Source: Flectonema sp. DT1601 (lineage: Eukaryota). Taken from it: 64,000 nucleotides of DNA. The DNA is taken from the NCBI GenBank assembly GCA_964019425.1, contig OZ025784.1:62001-126000 (forward strand), in the 5' to 3' direction. The notes under the pieces were generated by a model. It was not told the DNA's origin, did not search any database, and saw only the letters and a program-made list of their open reading frames with translations. How positions within the stretch are numbered: position 1 is the stretch's first letter; every line of letters begins with the position of its first letter. The position numbers and the translations under genes are program-made. Shown here piece by piece: positions 57,028 through 64,000 of the stretch.

Positions 57028-58561
57028 CTACTTCTCAGGTGCCTCAGCTGAAGCAGAAGGAGTGCAACCTCCTTCCCAATGCAGTGGTCTCTTTGAACAG
57101 AATAATTCAACGTCTTCATCAGTAACCTTAGCTCTAGAAACCTGATGGTTGTAGACTATTGGTGCGATTACTTCAACAAGGCGTTGCTTAATTTGAGAAC
57201 AGGTCATGAATCCACACTCGAAGTCTTCTTTAATCTTTGCAAGCTCTGCGTCATCTTCCAAGAAGAAGTTCAACCACTGATACGATACGTCGACACTTGA
57301 TTCACCTCCGAGAAAGTAATGTTCTTTAAGATCAGCACCGCCACCACTGAAGGCATTCGCTTTGATCTTCTTACCGCATGCAGTAGTGACTGACTTCTCG
57401 GTAGGGACAGGTCTGTTATTTTTTTTTGGTTGTAGGTATTCAATATGCAAAAGAATTTAACTTTTATCTTTAAACTATACAGAAAACAGTAATATAACAA
57501 CTTGTTGATGTTTTTTTTGTTTGTGTCACGAAACCCTGAACACTGAAAAAAAAAATTTTAAAAAAAATAAAAATAACATACTTCTCACCCTTCTTTGCTC
57601 TCGGGATACCATCAGTTAAAAAGATAGCACTACTGTCAACAGAAGCGGACATCTTAGTCTTCGGTCCTTGAAGAGCCGGGAAGAAGATGGAATGAAGTAA
57701 AGCTGGCTTTAGGAACTTCAATCTTGGAGCGACGTCACGAGTCATTCTGAAGTACGGATCTTGATCAATTGCACACGGGATTAAACAGAAAACATTCTTC
57801 TTAGTGTCAGGGAAGATATGAGGGAAGGCTTCTGAAAATGAAGGAGCAGCCTGGACAGGTGGGAATCCCCACTTTCCAACACAGTCCGACATGTTGAATC
57901 CAAAACATCCACGAACTTGATTTGCTGTAGTCGCTTTTGATATTTTTGCGATAACTTTATACATGTCTCCGTAGTATTGAAAATTTCTAAAAATAAAAGT
58001 CTTTTTTGGATCGAATCCAAGAGCGATGATGTCCTTAATATTTTGATGAGCCATCTCCTGAACGACATCTTGCTTGATATCCCTCCAATAAAATTTTTCA
58101 TCATCAGTAATTTGAACAACAAGAGGAACATCAAAGGTATCCTGCAACCACTTAGTAAACATAAACGGGATCAAGTGACCCATATGCATGCTCTCAGATG
58201 ACGGACCTCTTCCAGTGTACAGATAAAATGACTTTCCCTGTTCATACGCATCAAGAGCCTTGTGTAAATCTCTATGAGAGAAGAAGTGTCCTCTACGAAG
58301 CCAATGGTGAGGTTTTTTTCCGGTGACTCGTTCCATGCGATCGAGTAGTTTTTGATCAATTTTCGAGCTTCCAAATTGGTCAATTAGTTTGTCGTAATCA
58401 ATACCTTTATCTCCTCCATCGACAGACCATGGATCAACCTTTTGTCCTCCTTCGAGTACTTCTAGTTCTTTTTTCTTAGCTTCAACCTGAGCTTCCAAGG
58501 TAGCAATGTCTGACAGTACCGTGTCCATCTGCGCTCGTACACTAGCTGCCGGAGTCGTCAT
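57028..58561 (-). CDS. WARS: Cytosolic-type tryptophanyl-tRNA synthetase, 454 aa, 2 exons
   Basis: [12 protein letters not shown] (HIGH), [15 protein letters not shown] (KMSKS) and AFSGG. Intron 57413-57581 joins the two ORFs in frame. Confidence 0.95.
57453..57535. repeat. Short dispersed element in the TrpRS intron; similar to 25531-25603
   Basis: Colinear similarity with the NRAMP duplication junction sequence. Confidence 0.7.
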
Positions 58562-58990
58562 AGTCTATTGCTATATACAATCTGTTGTTTTATTGAAAAA
58601 AATAAATTAATAATTTCAATGATACTCTTTCACGTTAAATGTTTTCTTTGATGACGAAAATTGAGAAAGAAAGAAAAAATGATAAGCAAAACCGAAACGA
58701 AAAAAAATAAAAAGGAACTTGAAGTGCGACAACAATGTACTGACGAAGTGAGTTTAAAAAAGAATGATACGGAAATCCAAGTATAGTTTTTTTTTTTTTT
58801 TTTTTTTAGTTTGTGAAATCAAAACAACAGAGAGAACTAATTGACTACAAGAACAAACTGTCTTCAATTATTTTCTCAAATCGGATTTGTAAAACTGAAC
58901 CAGTCGATGCTTCTCACGATATTATAACAAAATCGCAATCAGACTTTGTCCTATTAATTAAAATTCTGATATACTTTTTAATTCGACACC

Positions 58991-59953
58991 TCAGTCGTGA
59001 GTTATCGGTTGGGTGAAAGCGAATGGGTTCTGAGCCTCACGAATCTTCTGTCTGTAGATAGAGAGCGCAGATTTCTCTACAGGTTCTTGTTTCTCTTGCT
59101 TAGCACGTCTAGCTGGTGCTCCACCTCTCAACACCTGAAGGGTCTCTGCACGACGAGTTGCAGCTGCTGTTTTGTGTGCAGCAGCACGACGGTCAGCACC
59201 CTCTTTAACGATGTCGGGTTGCTTTCGAGGGTCAGATCGAGTGGTTTTGCGAGCTTCTTCCAAAGTTTTACTCTTCTTTTTAAGCTTTGATACGGTAGAG
59301 AAAACACTATCAATCTTAGCAGGTGTAAACTCTAATTCCTCGTCCATTTCTATGTTTTGTGTGGTAGTTGGTACTTTATGTAATGTTACTGCTGTGGTGT
59401 CCCAGTTGCGTAATTCACGTACACCAGCTTTTGTGCTTAAGTTCGGAATGTCTAACTCTCCCGAAGTTGATTGACGGGCTTCGTCTGCGCGAAGAGCAAC
59501 AATTTCCTTTTCTCGACCAGACAGTGCTCGCTGTCTGTAAACACTTGAGGCGTTTCTTTTCTCTATTAGAAGTTGGAGTTCATCATCGTGTCTTTGAATG
59601 AATTTTGAGATCATATTTTTAATCATATCTCTGGTTAGGACTTTTAACCCGTCGTAGTCTTTGTTTTCGTCTAGTTCTTTTTTAAACCATTGGTGTCTAA
59701 GTAGCCTTACCATGTCTTTACGATCTTTTAATGTCTTAACTTCTGCCTTTCTGTTTATAGATGAGATGTTTCGCATTAATTGCGCTGCTTTCCTACTCTT
59801 TGGATGCAAAAGTTTTCCTTCTGTGGTGACTTGTGCGTCACCTCTTCTCTTAGAGCTTGCTGCCTTTCTCTTTGCGGCATTCTTATTCCCTCCTTCAGTC
59901 ATCTTCTTCTTCAACTTGTCGAGGGTGAGTGTCTTCCCTCTTTTTCCACCCAT
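58991..59953 (-). CDS. TMA16: Translation machinery-associated protein 16-like
   Basis: HPKSRKAAQL, R..WF, FIQRHDDEL and GELDIPNL...LRNWD motifs. Confidence 0.8.
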   Translation of the reverse strand: MGGKRGKTLTLDKLKKKMTEGGNKNAAKRKAASSKRRGDAQVTTEGKLLHPKSRKAAQLMRNISSINRKAEVKTLKDRKDMVRLLRHQWFKKELDENKDYDGLKVLTRDMIKNMISKFIQRHDDELQLLIEKRNASSVYRQRALSGREKEIVALRADEARQSTSGELDIPNLSTKAGVRELRNWDTTAVTLHKVPTTTQNIEMDEELEFTPAKIDSVFSTVSKLKKKSKTLEEARKTTRSDPRKQPDIVKEGADRRAAAHKTAAATRRAETLQVLRGGAPARRAKQEKQEPVEKSALSIYRQKIREAQNPFAFTQPITHD

Positions 59954-60419
59954 TGTTTTGTGTGTTTGATTTCTTTCTTATTAAAAATAATGATGAAAAA
60001 TAATCACCTCGTAAGGTATCATATCTCAACATAGACCCACCATAAGGGGCGAAAAGAAGGGTGAGGAAAAAAAGTGCGGCGAGGCGAAGTAATGGAACAT
60101 AAGAAAGGCTTTGTAGGCATTTTTTTTTTCTTTCTTCTTTCCTTCTCTCTCGTGTGGTTGTCTTATTCGTTTATTTTATTTTTCCCTCTCTCTCTCTCTC
60201 CCGTTTCCTCAAATGCACATCAGGTTGTCAACATACAATTTAGCGCACCTTTTGGCGAATAGACGACGAAGAGAGAAAAAAAAGGGGAAAAAAATCACTT
60301 TCTCTGGAGTTTAACTAGCTCTGAGTTAGTTTTAACTTAAGTAAATATTACATTAGGTTGTTCCATCATTTTTTTCTTTCTTTTCTTTTTTTTATTTAAA
60401 AAAAGGAGAGTGCCCGTAA

Positions 60420-61088
60420 AGAACCCACAATGAAAGTCACATATATTGCAGGTGTTGATTCTGAGATAAGTTGCGCACTTCCACAGTCTATGACTATCCA
60501 AAGAGACAAGGCACCACACAAAGAGGGATTCTTCACCTCTTCCCTGTTCGTATAGAAAACATACATCATCAGTTGGAGACTATGTTTGAAGAAGAAAAAA
60601 ATGAGAATGTGAAGAAAAAACTAGAGCCAATGGGTTATTAAAAGTTTCTGTATAAAGCCTGAATAAGTGGCAACAAATTGCCATGTTGTTTGTTGTGAGT
60701 TAGCTTTACCTCAGCAGTTGAAGATCTACGTGCTGAACTTAAGCATATCACTCAGCACAGGAAAAGAAAGCAACAGCGATTCTCCCAGTAACGGCGAGTG
60801 AACAGGGAACAGCCCAAGCCTGAATCCGAAAGGAACCACAATGAAAGTCACACATATTCCAGGTGTTGATTCTGAAATAAGCTGCGCACTTCCAGTCTTC
60901 ACCATTCAAAAGATACAAGGCACCACACAAAGAGGGACTATTAACTTCCTCAATGTTCATATAGAAAACATATATCACCAGCTGGAGACTATGCTTGAAG
61001 AAGAAAAAAAATTCGGTATCTGCATGAGGCTGAATAAGTTATGTGTTTGTTGTGATGTACATTTACCCAGTTGTAGATTTAACATGCT
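60420..61088. repeat. Two diverged direct repeats (60420-60733 and 60832-61088) flanking an rRNA fragment
   Basis: Both copies contain CACAATGAAAGTCACA, GGTGTTGATTCTGA, CAAGGCACCACACAAAGAGGGA, GGAGACTATG.TTGAAGAAGAAAAAAA and CTGAATAAGT in the same order. Confidence 0.9.
60708..60834 (+). rRNA. Isolated fragment corresponding to the 5' ~125 nt of cytosolic LSU (28S) rRNA
   Basis: GCTGAACTTAAGCATATCA...AGGAAAAGAAA.CAACAG.GATT...CAGTAACGGCGAGTGAACAGGGAA.AGCCCA matches the conserved 5' LSU region (LR0R/NL1/ITS4 primer area). No SSU or 5.8S is recognisable nearby. Confidence 0.85.
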
Positions 61089-61455
61089 CCCTCCTCCATA
61101 TTGAACCCGAAAAACCAAAATTAAAAAAAAAAAACAAAGAAAGTTGTTTGTGAACGGCAATAAAGAAAAAAATAATAATAATTTAAGGGGAAATGAGAAG
61201 TCAAAGGAGAAAAAATTGATACAGGGGTTTTGTTTTTTTTAATTGTGGCATCTCACAGCACTGCATAAAAGTATTCAACAAAATTTTCTTTAACAGGAGA
61301 GTGCAATTATCGTCGTTTTGAAAGATAAAGTACTCGAGGGTTCCAATGGAATGCAGTAGTATTTCACAGTAATCTTTTTAGTTAAACATAACAGATACGA
61401 ACTAATCACGCGAAGTAGTATAAAACACGAAAAAAAAAGGAGAAACTTTTCATTT

Positions 61456-62299
61456 CTAAGAAAGCAGATCCCATCCAGAATTGGCCACGTACTTCTTCGC
61501 TAAAACAGCAAAGATAGCAACCAGTAAGAACTGTTTTTGTTTTATTATTTTTTTTATTATTTAAAACTGATATTCATCAATGTAATGTGTTAATAAAAAA
61601 TAATTTAAAAATCCATACCATAATAACATTATTCAAACTGGATTCTTGAACCTGCCAGGCTCCAGCATGGATTTCTGGATGTGGTTGAGGTTGTTGGACA
61701 GGTGTTTCTGGTTCTGGAGTCTGTTCAGCCACCGCAGAGACTGTTGCGTTGTCCTGTTCAGCTGCTGGAGGTGCTTCGCTTGTGCGAGCAGCAGGAGCAG
61801 TGTGTCGCTCAGCCCAAGGAGGTGAGTCGTTAAGAACTTCAAGATGTTCACACATACTGGTACCATCCTCTGATACCCAATTCCTACTCTCGTGAGCTAA
61901 CCGACACCTCTCTTCAAGAGAATACTCTATAGCTCCGATAGCATTGTTACCAGGGGTACTCATAAACTCTCGTAGTGCTAACAACACAGTGTGAACTCCC
62001 CAACTAGGCTGCCAATTCTCTGGGTGGTAACTCGTCACTTCAGAAAGACATATTTTTTTATTACACTCAAACCTTCCATTTGGTGTAATCAGCATCACAT
62101 CCGGAGGTGCATACGGATAGTTATTTGGTAAGATCAACTTACCGTGATACACACCTTCTTTATAACACCCTTCATCAGGTCCTTTCATTGTGAACATCCA
62201 AACAAAATCATTTTCTTTACTCGGGTACGCTAAAAACTCTCTGCACGGCCGCTTATTCAGCTGGTCGGCTTCTTTCTTTATTCTCTTTGTTGCGTTCAT
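61456..62299 (-). CDS. UBE2J: Tail-anchored ubiquitin-conjugating enzyme E2 J / Ubc6, 2 exons
   Basis: YHGKL...YPYAPP...TPNGRF...KICLS...YHPENWQPSW. Removing intron 61531-61618 supplies the TM anchor VIMFLLVAIFAVLAKK. Confidence 0.92.
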
Positions 62300-62854
62300 T
62301 TTTTTTTTTTTTTTTTTTTTTTTTGGTGGAGTCTGTTTCTGTCAAGAAAAAAAAACTTAAAACTAACTGACTGATCACCTGCATAAACTTTCTTTTATAT
62401 ATCCTGTTTTTTTGTATGGAAAAAATTATAATTTTTTTTTTTTTTTTTCCCTATGTATCTTTTATAAATTAACCAAACCATAAAGGTAACAAACCAAAAG
62501 AAACAAAACAAAAGAAACTGCTTGCATAGTATGCCGCCATCTACAACCTGGTGTTATCATTGCTTAGGATAAATGTGATCCATTGAGATGTTAAAGAGAA
62601 CTGTTTTCGACATCTTTAGTCAGTGCTGATATTGCTTCAGGGAACATAGTATGGTATAATAGGTAGCATACTCTAATGTGATCCATTGAGATGTAAAAGA
62701 GAACTGTTTATATACTACTTAAGCTCAGTAACTTATGTTATTAGTAGTCTCCTATTGGTGCAACATATTTGAATGACACCAGTCAGGCAATTCTCCTTTT
62801 CTACCGAACAAGGTCTAGGTAATGGTTGATTAACCTAACCTTCCCACCCCACCA

Positions 62855-63616
62855 TTAGTGTGATTGGGTCAATGAATTACTCAGATCAGCTATATTATTA
62901 TGTGGTGTCGGTGTGACAGTGTTGTGAGATGTTAACGAACTGTCACTCAAGTCTGTTGAACTTTCACTTTCTGTACTTCGTCTAGCTTCCCTCAACTCAA
63001 CATCCTCCACAGGTATCGAAGGATTAGCAATGTGATCATCAAGACTTATTAAAAACACGCAAAGATGAACATAACTAACAATACAATAAATAATTCCTTG
63101 CAGATATACATCCCCGCATTCTGCTTTGTTGCTTAACCAGATCTCAATGTTGAAGCAGAGGTACCATCCGAACATATGAAGTGTCACCATAAGCTTTATA
63201 ACCACCAAGCAAGCTTGATACCGAGAGTCAGAGACGCAAACCACTACGAGAACTAGTATTATAAGGAGGAGTTCAGAACAACCAAGAGCGATAAGAGATG
63301 TTGAGATTATCTCAGGACATCCCACAACAACTTTTGGAGGCATTAAAATAGTACCCAAACCAGAATACTCAGCAGTGCTATACTTATTACTCATCCTCGT
63401 TGATGTAATCACAGTTCGGAGTGAACCTTCACTTCCCTTCACTTCAGTCAATTCTAACCCAACAGCCGTATTTCCAATTCGCATTACGGAAACACCTTCT
63501 TCATGGGTGCTCCTGTACTCATCGTGATATAACCCGTATATCAAAAAATGCCATATCGACATCAGGAATACGAATAATAGAAAGTAAACTTGAATCCAAA
63601 GCCTGCAAGTTCCCAT
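62855..63616 (-). CDS. Hypothetical 4-TM membrane protein
   Basis: Intact 253-aa ORF with four hydrophobic segments and a Ser/Thr-rich tail. Confidence 0.65.
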   Translation of the reverse strand: MGTCRLWIQVYFLLFVFLMSIWHFLIYGLYHDEYRSTHEEGVSVMRIGNTAVGLELTEVKGSEGSLRTVITSTRMSNKYSTAEYSGLGTILMPPKVVVGCPEIISTSLIALGCSELLLIILVLVVVCVSDSRYQACLVVIKLMVTLHMFGWYLCFNIEIWLSNKAECGDVYLQGIIYCIVSYVHLCVFLISLDDHIANPSIPVEDVELREARRSTESESSTDLSDSSLTSHNTVTPTPHNNIADLSNSLTQSH

Positions 63617-64000
63617 TTTAAAAAAAAAAAATGGCTTTTTTTTTTTTTTTTTTTTTTTTTAAATGTGCTTACCGAGACCCTGTTTGTAAATGATAGCTAA
63701 TTTTTTTTTTGGAAACTAACACTGGGTATAGTTGCGAGAATCGGATTTCAATTTTTTTTTTTTTTTAATTTCTGGGAAAAAAGAGAGTTAGAAAGTTTGT
63801 AGGTTTCATGATGGTGCTGAAATCAGCAATACAATAATCTAACCAAAACAGCAGTGGTATCCGAAGCAGCTTTTGGATAATTGTTTGCTCACAACTATCA
63901 TTGAACACGATTAGCGTAGACAGAGAGCTCCTCGTATGAGTTAAAACATCATTCAGATTAACAGTTTTTAAGTAGTCTTTCTTATTACTTCCTTCAGCTC

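Noticed and set aside
60841..61104. 87-aa plus-strand ORF in repeat X'
   Set aside because: The sister copy is frameshifted, the ORF opposes all other genes, and it has no recognisable motif. Coding status is unsupported.

Overview
AT-rich eukaryotic nuclear DNA, most plausibly a euglenozoan such as a diplonemid. This is an inference from gene content, a strictly one-stranded gene array and frequent short GT-AG introns. All ~25 credible protein genes lie on the minus strand. Several ORF-track fragments join into single genes once 14 GT...CAG introns, inferred by hand from frame restoration, are removed. Recognisable genes: TBC1D13-like RabGAP, MAPEG/MGST3, PPP4R1, CCDC22, two identical NRAMP transporters in a 3.6-kb tandem duplication, TRAP-alpha, NAT9, a TPR-SET protein, a FYVE protein, a nucleoplasmin-like protein, a four-domain voltage-gated cation channel, TrpRS, TMA16 and a UBE2J-type E2. 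The only plus-strand features are an elongator tRNA-Met and an orphan 5' LSU rRNA fragment between two diverged direct repeats. Most notable: (1) cis-intron acceptors have A/C-rich tracts with no polypyrimidine tract, whereas the AGs just upstream of start codons (presumed trans-splice sites) have U-rich tracts; (2) a globin + LamG + catalytically altered lipase fusion; (3) a ~600-aa tandem SpoVS-like repeat protein with a probable mitochondrial presequence; (4) a channel with a T/D/D/D filter; (5) a ~75-83 bp dispersed element found both at the NRAMP duplication junction and in the TrpRS intron; (6) a 131-bp satellite inside an intron. No database searches were run; family calls rest on remembered motifs.
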